A stretch of DNA of 64,000 nucleotides, from the NCBI RefSeq assembly GCF_009914755.1, contig NC_060926.1; one strand, written 5' to 3'. The stretch comes from the human T2T-CHM13v2.0 reference genome, Homo sapiens. The position numbers were made by a program, and so were the translations under genes. Shown here piece after piece: positions 47,095 to 63,890 of this stretch; the stretch's first letter is position 1, and every line of letters starts with the position of its first letter. A model generated the notes under the pieces. It saw only the letters and a program-made list of their open reading frames with translations. It searched no databases and was not told the origin of the DNA.

Positions 47095-47800
47095 CCTCAA
47101 TGCTCCTTTTTATTCTTTATATAAAATTGTATATAATGAACAGAAAGTCACAACTTTGCCCTAGCAATATAAATATTTAAAAATAAACACAATGAATATA
47201 ATAAATGCTTGTGGATTTCTCCCTGGTTAGATGCAAAGACCTTAATTTTTTCATTTGTAAATGAAGGGGTTCTTCTCAGCTCTTACATTTTGTGGGCTCA
47301 GGGGTAAATAAAGGCTTGGGCCCATGTTTTATACATATACAAAATGTTCAAGTCCCAGAATGAAGGACTCTTTCACAGATAAAGGCAGTGAAGATTAAGT
47401 TAGTTTTATCCAGTGGTGAAGAGGAGCCCACAGGAAGTGCTGATGGAGCCTCTGTACAGCCACCGTGGCAAGTCATCCCCAGTGAATGTAGAGCTCCTTG
47501 ATCTGCCATGGTGTGTACTGTGTCCTGCAAGAATCACTGAGCAGTATTTTAAACCCAGTTTGTGAACACAACATTTCAAAGGTATCCTAAGGTAAGAGCC
47601 AGTCTTATTATTTTTAGAAAATGCTGCATTATGTGCTAGTTATTATTATTGAGAAGAAAATGCCTCTTCAAAGTTAGTACAAATGGTAGTTAAAGGTCAC
47701 CTGGACTTTAGGATATTCTTCCGAGCACATGAACAAATGGGAACATTTTTTACAGATCACAGTTAAATCTTTTTCAAAGAATTGCATATAATCTCTTACA
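47095..47800 (+). repeat. Old local direct duplication, copy A
   Basis: Colinear similarity to 54255-55015, with shared blocks such as tattctttatataaaat, cttgtggatttctc and cccacaggaagtgctgatgga. Confidence 0.9.
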
Positions 47801-50800
47801 GTACACATAATACACATAATGCTAAGCTGCTCACATTGGCTGTCAGTTCCACTGCATGGATATGTGATGTGATGTGAACCTCAAACAAAAATCGTGCTTA
47901 AATAAATTTATTTAAATAAATATAGCTGCTGTCTATGAGATTTCATTAACTTTTGAATCCAGTGAGATGGAGTCACTCTGAATAATGTAAGTAGACATTT
48001 GTAAATAATGACATAGTAGGGTGTAAAGTAGTTTTAAGGAGTTTTGTATCAAAATAAAAAGGAACACACCTATCTTCTATACATACTTACAAATAAATAC
48101 AGGTTTTCTCTATACAAAGAATCATCAATTTCCAGAGCTGGATAGAACCTTATGTGTCACATAGGACAACCCCCCTTTTCAGTCAAGGTGTATTGGGTTC
48201 ACAGAGGTTAGGAGCGTCCTCCTGTCAGGCAGCCAGTGAAGGCCGGGCTTCATAAAATGTAGGCCTATTCAGTGTTCTTTCTAGCATGTGCACAGTGGCT
48301 CCCTTAATCCGTTCATACCATTAATATGATTCAGTGTAATTAAGCTACTAAACCTATTTTTATCTTATTGACAAATTCATTTTTTCCAACATTTATCTTA
48401 AAAACTAACATTGGATCTGCTTAGCCATCTGAGATTTGTTAGATGTTTATTGCATTCCTGCTTTAAAATAAATGTTCAGTTTTTCTTAACGCCATGGTAT
48501 ACAACATAAATAAAACAAAAAGTGCATTTTACAGGGTCTTCTCCCTGACACATTTCCATAGTACTTGAAAACCATAAAGGTTTATTATATACACACAAAT
48601 TCCCACCCCTGCATGGAAAATTTATGCTTAACAGAATGTGGTAAGAGAGGGCCTTTTGGTTCAGAGTGAACTGGAGGAGGGTGGATAGGGGGAACTGATA
48701 GTTACAGTCATGGTTTTAAAACTGAAATTTTAAAATTGAAATTTGATTTTTAGCCCAAATTCAAAAACCTTGCTTAGCTCTTTCTACTCCATTCATTATC
48801 CTTTTCTTGATGGTCACAAAGATTTTTTAATCCAGACATAGTCGATATGTTTATATGCTGCATGTGCAGTGAGGCCTATTCAACTAGAAAATATCTTTAA
48901 ATGGATGATATAGAATACCTACCTGATGAGTTTATTATAAAGTAAATAGTACTACCCTTTAAGACATCAGTTACTATTCACATGTAATGCTGAGGTAAAA
49001 GTTATTATTAAACTATTCTCACCTATTTTGTGCTGACTTGGGATTTTGCATCACAAAGAGACTCGACTAGAGACATGAACAAGCAGTTTGCTGTAGCTCC
49101 TAAGTCAATTAAATACATTTGTTAAAAGTCCTATTAGGAAATTTGTTCTTTTTGATCAAATGCTCTGGCGCCCACATCTGCTTGGAAAGCAGTATATATT
49201 CGTTGTGCTCAGAGACCCTCCCCAGAACAAACCATCCACCTCTTGAAGCCAACATTTGCAAGCCAGTTTCTGAATCCATAGAGGCACCCGGAACTGCCTG
49301 CTGTCATATACCTGCACATGGGCTGTGGGTCCACATACCTGTTTGAAAGGCATGGTAACTCAGATCACCCCTGAGTGAGCCCCTTCCAGCAAGTGTTTCT
49401 ATTTCTCTAGTGCTAGCACACACAGAAGAGTCTAATTTTAGAAATGGAAATGAAAAGTCTCCCTCTCAAGTAATTTGCTTACAATGTGGCCTTGCAATGC
49501 AGTCTTTCAGTGCCTTGGCAAGAGGCAAGGTGGTTGCCAGAGCAGTCTCTGAACAAAGGAAAAGAACCTGTCACTGTTGCCACAAGTGCTGAGAAGGGTA
49601 CGTAGGAGCTAAAGAAATCAAGCTCTCACTTCCATGGCAACACAGTGCAGGTCCAGCATCACATCTCTGAAGTCCTCCCTCACCTCACCACGGTGCTTAT
49701 GCAGAATTACTAGCATGGGGGCAGAGAAGGGAGGCTTCTCTCAGACTCATTATTCCCCTTATGTGCGTTTCCTTGTTTGCTGTGGCGATAGATATGTATC
49801 GTTTTGCCTCTTTATCCTTTTCACATTTTCTGACTGTGCTTTGCCTTTTGTTTGTTTTAGTCTCATAGGGCCATAGATTTATGGCTCTTTTAGAGTTGGA
49901 ATTGCTCTGAAAAATGAAAATCTGTAACTGTTGTACAAAAACTGTCACAGAGTAAGGCTTTCCAGGATCCTTAAAGCAAGTGATGGTATTCCTCAACTGT
50001 TATTTGCATAGAAATTACCATTCTGGCACTCCTGAAGAGAAACTTGTGCAGAATTATACTTTTTTTTCTCATGAAGAGCGACCCTAATTATGTTGCACAA
50101 CCTGTGTAGAATCTGGATGTTACTGATTGGAAAAATTAGTTAAATCCATTAAGGATTGTTTGCTGCTGGAGTCATGCTTGGGAAAAAATGGACTCTACCA
50201 AATGAATAGTGCTTATATGGAACAACGTTTTCTCTAAATTGACATAATTTATATAATTAAAGGAAAAAGGGTTTTATGTGTAGTTCAATAGAGCTTTCAG
50301 GGGACAGATGGGAGCAGCACGAGTGGTGTGGGTGTGTTGGAATAAAAGAGATAATTAGATATGAAAAGTAAATTTATGGAGAAAAAATCATGCTAGAAAA
50401 CCTAAATAAATGGAAACTGGATTAAGGGAAAAGCTAAAATTTGTCAGAGAAAATGTCAGAGAGTATAATTCACAGGAAAAATGTGTAAGGCAACATGGAG
50501 GCCCTCAAAATGAGGGGATTCATAACATTCTTCAGAGATTTCCTCATATTTGAGGGTTCTTATTTGAGAACTTCTGATACATGATGATAAATCTTCGTTC
50601 TAATGAGAGAATATAGGTGAAAGGGAAATGAAAGTAAAATATGGCCACGCTGCTGATTAAACATATTAGTAGAATTATTTAATAGGTACTAAACTATTTG
50701 GGACTGTGTTATCAATAATTCATATTTAATAGTGTTGCCTTTTTATATCTACACTGGTATATTAATAATTCTATCTTTGAATGAAGGTACATTCAAAACT

Positions 50801-51107
50801 TTTTTTATTTGTAATAGCCATAAAAATGTAGCATTATTGTTACCTGTCCTTGGCAGAATTTTTTGCAAAAAATTATGGGACCCTATCAGTCTTAGGTTTG
50901 GCTATATAGTAATATCAACTAGAAATGTAGATACTTATGAGAAGCAATACTAAGGAATATTTGGAAAAAAAATGGAAAGGGAATTATAAGAGAAGCTAAT
51001 GTTGCCTTGAACTTATAGAAATGCTTTTCTGTTCTTCTTTTGCTTAAAAAAAAAAAAGCCAAAAACAAGAAGTTAAAAGTTAAAGATGAAACAGTCTTCT
51101 GTTTTCT

Positions 51108-51426
<319 letters not shown>

Positions 51427-51790
51427 CTAATAAAGTAAGGTAACAGGCTCATAGAAAGTGGGAAACATTGTATAGTGTTAGATTTTGGAATATAGTTAAT
51501 TAAATGTAAATACCATTGAAATGTGGATATCAAAAAAGCAGTAAATTATGAAATCTTGGCCTCTGGGAAGCTTGTAAAGATGCTGTGATTTCCAGTAGAG
51601 CAGTCTTACTTTGATCTCCATTTCCTGCTGGAGGTTACTACATCTCTGACTAATGGAAAATAAGCATTTAAACTAAGCTGTCCTCCTCCTCTGTGGTTCA
51701 GAGACCTTTCCTTTTTTTTTTTTTTTCTATTGCATGGACATAGCATAATTTATTTAGTCAGCCATCCTATTGATAGATATTTTTTTTCAG

Positions 51791-53014
<1,224 letters not shown>

Positions 53015-53302
53015 CTACAAGGAGATTTAGGCACTTTTCATTTAAAAGTTTTCTACTTTTCATTTTTTGTTTTCTTTCCTGTAGCCTGAGGAAAGTGAAC
53101 ATGCTTATAAATATAACGCATTAGTAATTTAAGTTGGTGCCTTCTGTATCCTTTACATATAAAGTAGACAAATATAAATGTAATATATGCAATATCTATA
53201 TTGCCTAAATATAAACATAATATAGATCCGAAATGTCATATACATAAAGATCTATATTCTTTGACAATATAAGACAGTTTAAGTGAATACATTTTTAAGT
53301 GA

Positions 53303-53604
<302 letters not shown>

Positions 53605-53724
53605 AGACTTTCTTAAATTACATTTGAAAAGCTGTCATTGTATGAAAAATAAGCAAAACATAACTGAGCCATGTTTAGGAAGCTGAGACATAGCAGTGAC
53701 TTTGGACTCTGATAGTAATTCGGA

Positions 53725-53870
53725 GAGGCACTGTGAATTGCTAGAAATAACACCAAATAGGGGTTTCAAGAACTAGTTCTTTGCCTGGCTCTGTCTTTAA
53801 TCAGTTTTTAGACCAGGAGGACACCCTTAACCTCTCTAAGCCTTATATAGCTTGTCTATAAAAGAAAATT
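53725..53870 (+). mobile_element. MIR SINE
   Basis: cctggctctgtc...cccttaacctctctaagcctt...gtctataaaa. Confidence 0.55.
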
Positions 53871-54254
53871 GTCACAGGTGATATGGAAAGAGCTACTCAG
53901 CTCTGCAAATTTATGACTCTTTATCCAGAGAGTTTGTGTTTATGTATAATTAATATACAAAACAGGTGTGTTCTTTTTATTTTGATACTCAGATTCCTTA
54001 AAACCACAACTTTACACTATATTGGGTCTTTAATTTACAAATGCCTACTTACATCGTGGGGGGTTACTCTACCTCACTGGATTCTAAAGCTAATAAAGTT
54101 TCATTAGATAGCTATTAAATCTATTTAAATAACATACAGTCATGGACATGTATGTTTAAGACTCAGACCATATCAGATATACAGATAGTGTGCTCACACG
54201 CTAGTCTAATCAGTGTTGGTTTTATGTGTATTTGGAGAGATAACATGCAGTCCC

Positions 54255-55015
54255 CTTAATGTTTCTTTCTATTCTTTATATAAAATCATGTATAATGAAC
54301 ATAAAAGTTCTAGTTTTCCCTAACAATATACATATTTAAAAATAAAATGAGTGTGATAAAGGCTTGTGGATTTCTCTCTGGTTAGATCCAAAGAGCTAAC
54401 TCCTTCATTTCTAAGTGTGGTTCCTTTCAGCTCTGAACATTCTGAGACCAGGTGTAAATAAAAGCTTGGGCTCATGCCTTATACATTTGCAAAGCTAACA
54501 AGTGTCAGGATGAAGGGCTATTTATTCAAGAACAGATAGAGAGAAGCAGTGAAGATTGAATTGGTTGTATCTAGTTGGTGGAGAGGAACCCACAGGAAGT
54601 GCTGATGGAATGCTGGTACAGCCACCATGGCAGGTCATCGCCCAGTGAATGCAGAGCTCTTTGCACTGCCATGTTCTCTATGATACCCGATGAAGATCAC
54701 TAAGCTGTCCTTTAAATCCAGTGCAACATTTTGAAGAGAGCCAAAAACTAGGAACAGTCTTATTATTTGGGGGAGTTGCAATGTTATTTATTAGGCATTA
54801 TTTAAGAAGAAAATGCCTTGTGAAGGGTGGTATATACAGCCCAGCCACAACTGTGAGCATAGCGTTACTGAGTAGACTGTGTTTCCTCAGGCCACACCAG
54901 CCCAGGTAAAGATCACCTGAAGTTAGGATATTCTCACCTGAGTTCATGAACTAATGTGAAAATTTTAAAAATATCACACTTGAACATATTTTAAAGGGAC
55001 CACATGTTATCTCAT
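54255..55015 (+). repeat. Old local direct duplication, copy B (carries an extra 69-bp insert)
   Basis: Colinear with 47095-47800 at an offset of about 7.16 kb. Confidence 0.9.
54836..54904 (+). repeat. 69-bp direct repeat, copy 1
   Basis: 65/69 identical to 55846-55914 by hand comparison. Confidence 0.95.
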
Positions 55016-55845
55016 ATTGCATGTAATAAAAGAAGCCATGACATTTCTCATACTGCCTACAATAAAAGGAGGCATGACATTTCACAGAGGGAATTTAAAT
55101 AATTATGACGAAAGAGAATGCTAACATAGAAAATGCTAAAAAGTTAACTTTTATCTAAGTGTAATTTATACCCAACAATAGGTATTCTTTATTTTAAAAT
55201 GTAGCATACTTTTCAGAAATTCAGTTCTGAGACTGGCCAAAATAAATTGTTATGACAAAGAGACGACAAAGACATGAGGTATCACACATTAGTTTTTTCA
55301 GTGAAGCTACATAGAGGAGAATAATGAAAGAGAAGCTGCATATAAATCAAAGTCATCTGTGCTTGTGATACACATAAAGAATAATACAAAGAGGAAGAAA
55401 ACGTTTTTTCAAAGGATACCTGATTTACCGGATTCATTCTGCAGACTAAAGCATCTGAAATAGCCACTAAGAAGTGGATGAGGCCTTTCTTTAGATTTTC
55501 TGGTTGACATCATGAAAGAATTGTAGGAGGCACACAGTGAGATGGTAATGAGTGTAGCTTTTACTGTTTAGAAGAAGCTCTTGTACATGATCTTTTAGGT
55601 TGAGTGCCTCTGAGCCTGTCTAACCTGGTAGCATGTTAACACATGACACTAATTAAAGCATGTTGGAGAAGCAGGATGAAGAAAGAGCATATTAAATAAA
55701 TTATAGGTGTTAGCTTAATTGTTTCACTACTTAGGGGCCTTCAATGGCTTGGTAAGTCTTACTAGAAGACGATTTAGGGTTTATTTTAGAATTAAAAATT
55801 ATACAAAGTATTCTAACATCAATAATCAATGGAGTCTTTTGAAAA

Positions 55846-55914
55846 ACAGCCCAGCCACAATTGTAAACATAGCGTTACTGAGTAGATTGTGTTTCCTCAG
55901 GCCACACCAGCCCA
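55846..55914 (+). repeat. 69-bp direct repeat, copy 2 (probable source)
   Basis: 65/69 identical to 54836-54904; offset 1010 bp. Confidence 0.95.
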
Positions 55915-57444
55915 AATTGGGATCACAGAAATGATAACAGTGTTCTCCATGGGCCCAGCCCGCTATGAGTCTGCTTTTGGGAGCTGTTCCCCCATCAGGT
56001 ATACAAGCCTTCACCTACTGTCTTAAGTCTAGTCCTGTGGGTTTCCACACTTCACCCTTCCTGAGCCTGAGTTTGGCTGTTGACTGGCTGCCAGAGTCTG
56101 GCCATTCCCCACGGCTCCTAGGATTGGAGCTCCCGAGTTTTCCAATATTCTCTGGGCTGAGAAAATTCCCCCACCCTTACTTGGGTTCTACCCTATTCCA
56201 GGCTCCAAACGCATAGGAAAAGTAGCTCCTTCCCCAGGGTCTACTGTTAAGGCCAGGAAATGGAGGTGGGAAGGAATACTCACTGTTGGTCAAGAGACAG
56301 TCTGTTCAGAATTTTTTTTTCCCTTTGAAAGCACTGTATTCTTCTTAATTCACGTGTGTCTATAGTCTATTTCTTACCTTTGGGAGAACTCTTTGTCCTC
56401 AAACTTCATAGTATCTCACAAAAATTTACTCACCTCAGATATTTGTGATTTCAGAAATGCTTAATTGAGACCAAAATAATGAAGCCCTCTTTCAGAATTT
56501 TTTTTCTCTTTACGATTTTTGTAACTCATATAGGTTAGTGATATAGAAGCAACCTTTGAATTATTGTTCGTAAAAAAGAGAAAAATAAAATAAGACAGCT
56601 CACCTCTTCACTTAAACCCTTGGATTACATTTTTTGTTAGTTTTATTAATTTGACTATTGTTCTTAGCAATTATATTAGGAAAAAGATTGGATTGAGAAA
56701 TGTACGGATTACAGAGGAAGTGTCAATCTGACTTAAATGTAGTATAGCAAGTAAAGGAATTGGGTATTGTCTTTTCATGACCTAAAATGCCTCTCACTTG
56801 CTACAGAACAACTTGCAAGGCAGGAGTTCTAATATTTGACAGATAACAAATAACCAATAAACCCAGGACCAGATGGGAGCCATTCTGGACTTACATAAAA
56901 GCTGGCTCTAAGAAGGGAGGCTTTTTAATAGCCAAGCTCTATCAATTGTTTGTGACAACCAAGGCAGGTGTGTCTTAATGTCAAAGGGGGATAATTTTTT
57001 TAATTTAAGCATTTTCATATGTGATGAAATTTAATATCTATAACTACAGAAATCTCATAAGAGGAAAAGATAAAATGCACACTCAGAAATAAATCTAACC
57101 AGTAAATTTGATCACAACTAAATTGTGTGGGAATGATTGGTCGTTATGCTTTTGGGTGCCTAGCAAGTATTGAGTGCCAAAAGTTAACAGAAGCTACAGT
57201 TAAAATTTGGATGAAATATTTCTCACAAAGAGTTTTAATTAAAGGGGCCTTTATCAACTTTGTATTTTGCAATTTTTGTTTGGAACAAGCCCCGTTCACT
57301 TTCTACTCCTGTTTCTACCACACTCCCATTTTAATACATGATTCTTTAACCAGTGAAACTCACATGCTTTTGTTAGTAAGTTCTCTAAATGGTCAGATAG
57401 TTGGTGATGGCAGCTTAGGTTCTTTGCCAATTGAAAAAGACTTT

Positions 57445-57707
57445 GGCTGTGGTAGGCTGAGCCAGGTGGATCACCTAAGGTCAGGGATTCAAGACCAGCC
57501 TAGCCAACATGGTGAAACCCCATCTCTACTAAAAATACAAAAATTAGCCAGGCATGGTGGCAGACACCTGTAATCTCAGCTACTGAGGCAGGAGAATCAC
57601 TTGAAACTGGGATGCAGAGGTTGCAGTGAGCTGAGATCATGCCACTGCACTTCAGCCTGGCCGACAGAACTTTTTTTTTCCATCTCAAGGGAAAAAAAAA
57701 AAAAAAA
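57445..57707 (+). mobile_element. AluS with 5' and internal deletions
   Basis: Alu arms with missing 5' sequence and a poly-A tail; TSD gaaaa(a/g)gactt. Confidence 0.9.
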
Positions 57708-57747
57708 GAAAAGGACTTCGGAGAGGTCATTTTAAGATTGAGCCCTA

Positions 57748-58091
<344 letters not shown>

Positions 58092-59457
58092 TCATGCAGT
58101 CTTCTGAGCATTGATTCATTGATTTTATTGTAGAGGATTCTCTTGGTTAGGGAAACCAGTCATACTGAGCTGTTGTCACTTGAAGAAGAGATCAAGATAG
58201 GCATGAGAGAAGGTGGGGACAGCTGCCCCTCAAATGTTCACTTAAGTACCCACTATGCTCAGGATCTTAATATTAATAAAATTCATCAGAATCAGTCATG
58301 AGAGTGTGATAAGACATCTTTCAATTCTAGATAGAAGTATTTTGGGGTGATTTCTTGTGGCTACAGTTGATGCCATAATTTATTGTTAATAATTGGTCTT
58401 TAAACCATTTGAAAATATTCCGTGTTTTTATCACTTTGATTTTAAGTACTTTTATTGCCTTATTAAACTATGCTTTTTATTTTAGATGTATCTTTTGTGT
58501 TAATGTTTTTTGAAGGCATGAGTCCTACTGGGTTTTCAGTGTGTGTTCAGTATCTTAAGTCTTTAGGGCCCAAGAAGGGACATTGTAGGTCATGGAAGGG
58601 ATAGTGTCCATTTCCTTTTTTTTTTTTTTTTTTTTGCTATGTTCTTTTCTCTTAAATGATGAGGTTGCAGCCTGAAATGGACCTTTCTTTCTGTGAGAAA
58701 CAGAGCTTATGCCAGAGCAGGGTGGATATTTACAAGCATCTGTAACCCTTACAGTTGGATCTGACTCAGGTTACAGACAGGGCACAATACAATATGGAGA
58801 CCCAGTGTGTCATCAGTTCCAACCTGGTGCTTTGTTTCTGTCTCAAGCACTAACCACATCCTGAGTATCAGCTGGGGTCCTGGATACTGGCCCAGCATTG
58901 AATCCATCTTGATGATGATTCCCATTCTGACCCTGGCCCCCCATGGTTATTCTATTTTGCAGGTGAGAGAATGTCACCTATTAATGGACAGGGCAAGGTT
59001 TGTGTCCAGATTTTCTGTTACCTCTGGTTTAGTATTTCTATTTTGCTCAGACTTGTCACGTGACACTTTTGCATCTCTTGAAGCAAGATAATCTGTGAAA
59101 ATAACACTATCACCACTACCTCCACCACCATCAGCCAAAACAAACCTCTGCGTAGTATTGGGGTCTGAATACGACAGATCCCAGGAAACCTGGGCTTTAG
59201 TTTCTAGTCCATCTGTTTTGATATTTACTATGAGAGTTCATTTCTTTAATAATGTTTTATCCAGTTGGGAAGGTCTTGTCCTTTTAGAACTCTTAAGAAA
59301 TTTCAAGCCTCCAATAAACAGTTACTCAGCAAAGGACATTTGTCTATTTATCACTTATTTTCTGGTTCATTTACTGCTTCCGTTTAAGCACCTAGCCTCC
59401 TTCTCCAGAAATGTCCCAGACTATTCCAATCTGCAGTGACTTCTTTATTATCTATAC

Positions 59458-59685
59458 CAGGGTTGGCAAACTTTTTTAGCAAAGAGCCAGGTAGTAAATA
59501 TTTTCAAATTTATGGGCCATATGTTCTGCTTCAGCTACTCACATCCTGCCATTGTAGTGTGAGAAGAGCAGAAAACAGCCACAGAGAACATGTAAATGAA
59601 CAGGTGTGGCTGTATTAGAATAAAACTTACTTACAAAATAGACAGTGGCCTGGATTTAACTCTGGCAGTAGTTTGCTGATCCCTG
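59458..59685 (+). mobile_element. MER58A-like hAT-Charlie DNA transposon
   Basis: TIR-like ends cagggttggcaaact ... agtttgctgatccctg, with internal gccaggtagtaaatatttt and aataaaactta. Confidence 0.85.
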
Positions 59686-59716
59686 CTTTACACTAAAATA
59701 ATTTATTCATCCATGA

Positions 59717-60215
<499 letters not shown>

Positions 60216-61054
60216 TGAGCAAGAGGCAAGGTATTTTTTTCTAATTAATCTCTTAGCTTTAGGCTGAGAACTTTTTGGAGACCAGGATGCTTGCATTTGA
60301 CTTGAAAAGGGAAGATCCTCCCATATAGAAGGGACAATTGTTGTGATATCGTCGAATAGGAAATTTGTACTTTTTTGAAACATATGTCTATGGTGACTGT
60401 AGGTACCCTTTAGTGAGTGATTGATTATATTACTTTTGTTTCCTGGCGATCTCTTCCATGTCTTAGAGAGATTGGTAAGAAACTAAAATGGCACAGGCTT
60501 ATCTTTAAAATAGATACCACATAGGCAGCAGCTTGGAAAGAACATGAATTTCTGTATACACCTTCACAGACAAGTGAAATGCTAAATCTATGTTTATCGA
60601 TGGATGAAGAAAACCATTTCTGGCTAAGGAGGAGTCAGAAATCAATCTCCCTTTTCTCAAGTGAGGGCATTTCCTGAAAAAAGGAGAAACTTGCAGAAAA
60701 AAGTACGAAGTAGGTGAATTCTGCATTTTTCAGGTTCTTCATATTAATATTCTTCCTTCACATGATCTTTGTCATATATGTGGGTTTTAGTCATTATGTA
60801 TGTGTTCTTGTAAAGGAAAGGTGAAGGTGTTTTAGTTGGTTGTTTCTGCAGCATCTGTTCATTGGGAATCTGCAAGGTGCTTTCGGAAGGACAGAGGAGA
60901 ACAAAGGCTAGTTCACATCTTCAGCATGTTTTCTGTGGGTCAGGACAAGACTTAGAGGAAAGTGAGAAGAATCCTCACTTACTTGTCTTTGTCACCAGGA
61001 CTGATTGACATCAGAAGAGCCAAATGGTGGAAGAGAGCTTAAAAAGATTAGCCA

Positions 61055-61130
61055 GTGTGATGTTCACGTTGTATGCTATAAATACATGTATTTACTATTG
61101 GTCAATTAAAAATAAAATAAACTTTTTTTA
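61055..61130 (+). mobile_element. Tiny L1MA-type 3' terminal fragment with TSD
   Basis: cacgttgtatgctataaatac...gtcaattaaaaataaaataaa; TSD aaaaagatta(g/a)cca at 61041-54 / 61131-44. Confidence 0.7.
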
Positions 61131-61938
61131 AAAAAGATTAACCAAATGCATTCACAATGCTTGGTCAGTGACTAATGTCAACCTAGCAATTTTCAAGCCT
61201 CTCTGTAGCACTTAATGTTTTCAGAATGCTTTGCAATCAGGCTTATTAGTCTCTCTTCACAGCTACCACGTGAAGCTAATTGATAGGCCTCTCCATTTTA
61301 GCGTTGAGGACAAGTGACTTGCTGAGGGTCAGGCAGTGAGTGATTAATGGAGCTCATTAGTCTTTGGGTTATTTCTCTCTTGAGTTAGCAAAAATGCTTT
61401 TCATTTTTTTTTTAAAAAGACATCTCTAACCAGCCTCGGGGAACTTACTACTGGTTAACCAGATTGTTTTTCAGGATAATGCTATTGCAAAAATTCTAGT
61501 TTTTAAGTTTCTTTTAAAATTTTGCCTTTCCTAAAGCTTTAGTGTCACTTTTCAGAAAGTTTTGGCTGTACGTGTTAAGGGCTACCTTTACCTGTGTAAT
61601 TCCCTCAAAATTTTGGCCATTTTCTTCCTATCACACAGAGACTTTAGAAAAAATAAACTGTGTTAAGCAAGAAGCTTTAGTTTGTGACAGTAGTTGTGGT
61701 CAAAGTTTGTATGGAGAGATGAGATGAAACCATGTTTTATTCCAGTTACCTCTGCTATCTTTTATCCCCAGAATCTCATATAGGCTAAACAGAAGCAGTG
61801 ACCTCACTATTTGGAATGAGAAAGGTTAACATTTATTGTTGGTTTGGTACAGGAATATTTATTCAGTGATAGATAATTAGTGGGCTTCCACTGCTTTTCT
61901 TAGCACAAGCAAAACATCCCTTAAAAATAGGGAGTAGA

Positions 61939-63545
<1,607 letters not shown>

Positions 63546-63557
63546 GACCCAATTAGC

Positions 63558-63890
63558 TTTTTTTTTTCTTTTTTTCTTTTTAAGATGAAGTCTCGCTCTG
63601 TTGCCCAGTGAAGTCTCGCTCTGTCACCCAGGCTGGAGTGCAGTGGTGTGATCTCAGCTCATTGCAACCTCTGCAACCTGGGTTCAAGTGATTCTCCTTC
63701 CTCAGCCTCCTGAGTAGCTGGGATTACAGGCATGTGCCACCACACCCGGCTAATTTTTTGTATTTTTTTTTAGTGGAGACTGGGTTTTGCCATGTTGGCC
63801 AGGCTGGTCTCAAACTCCTGACCTCAGGTGATCTGTCCCCTTGACCTCCCAAAGTGCTGGGATTACAGGTGTGAGCCATTGCTCCCGGCC
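63558..63890 (-). mobile_element. AluSx-like with an internal 23-bp tandem duplication
   Basis: Reverse Alu; TSD cca(a/t)ttagcttttt; duplicated tgaagtctcgctctgt(tg/ca)cccag. Confidence 0.95.

Noticed and set aside
47898-47921. Overlapping AT-only palindromes (ttaaataaatttatttaa, atttatttaaataaat)
   Set aside because: Short and expected in AT-rich low-complexity DNA.
48655-48690. Faint resemblance (agagtgaactggaggagg) to the coding exon, as a decayed duplicate
   Set aside because: Too short and purine-biased to distinguish from chance without an alignment.
57127-57573. 148-aa ORF
   Set aside because: Non-ATG start, low-information composition and a 3' part that runs into an Alu.
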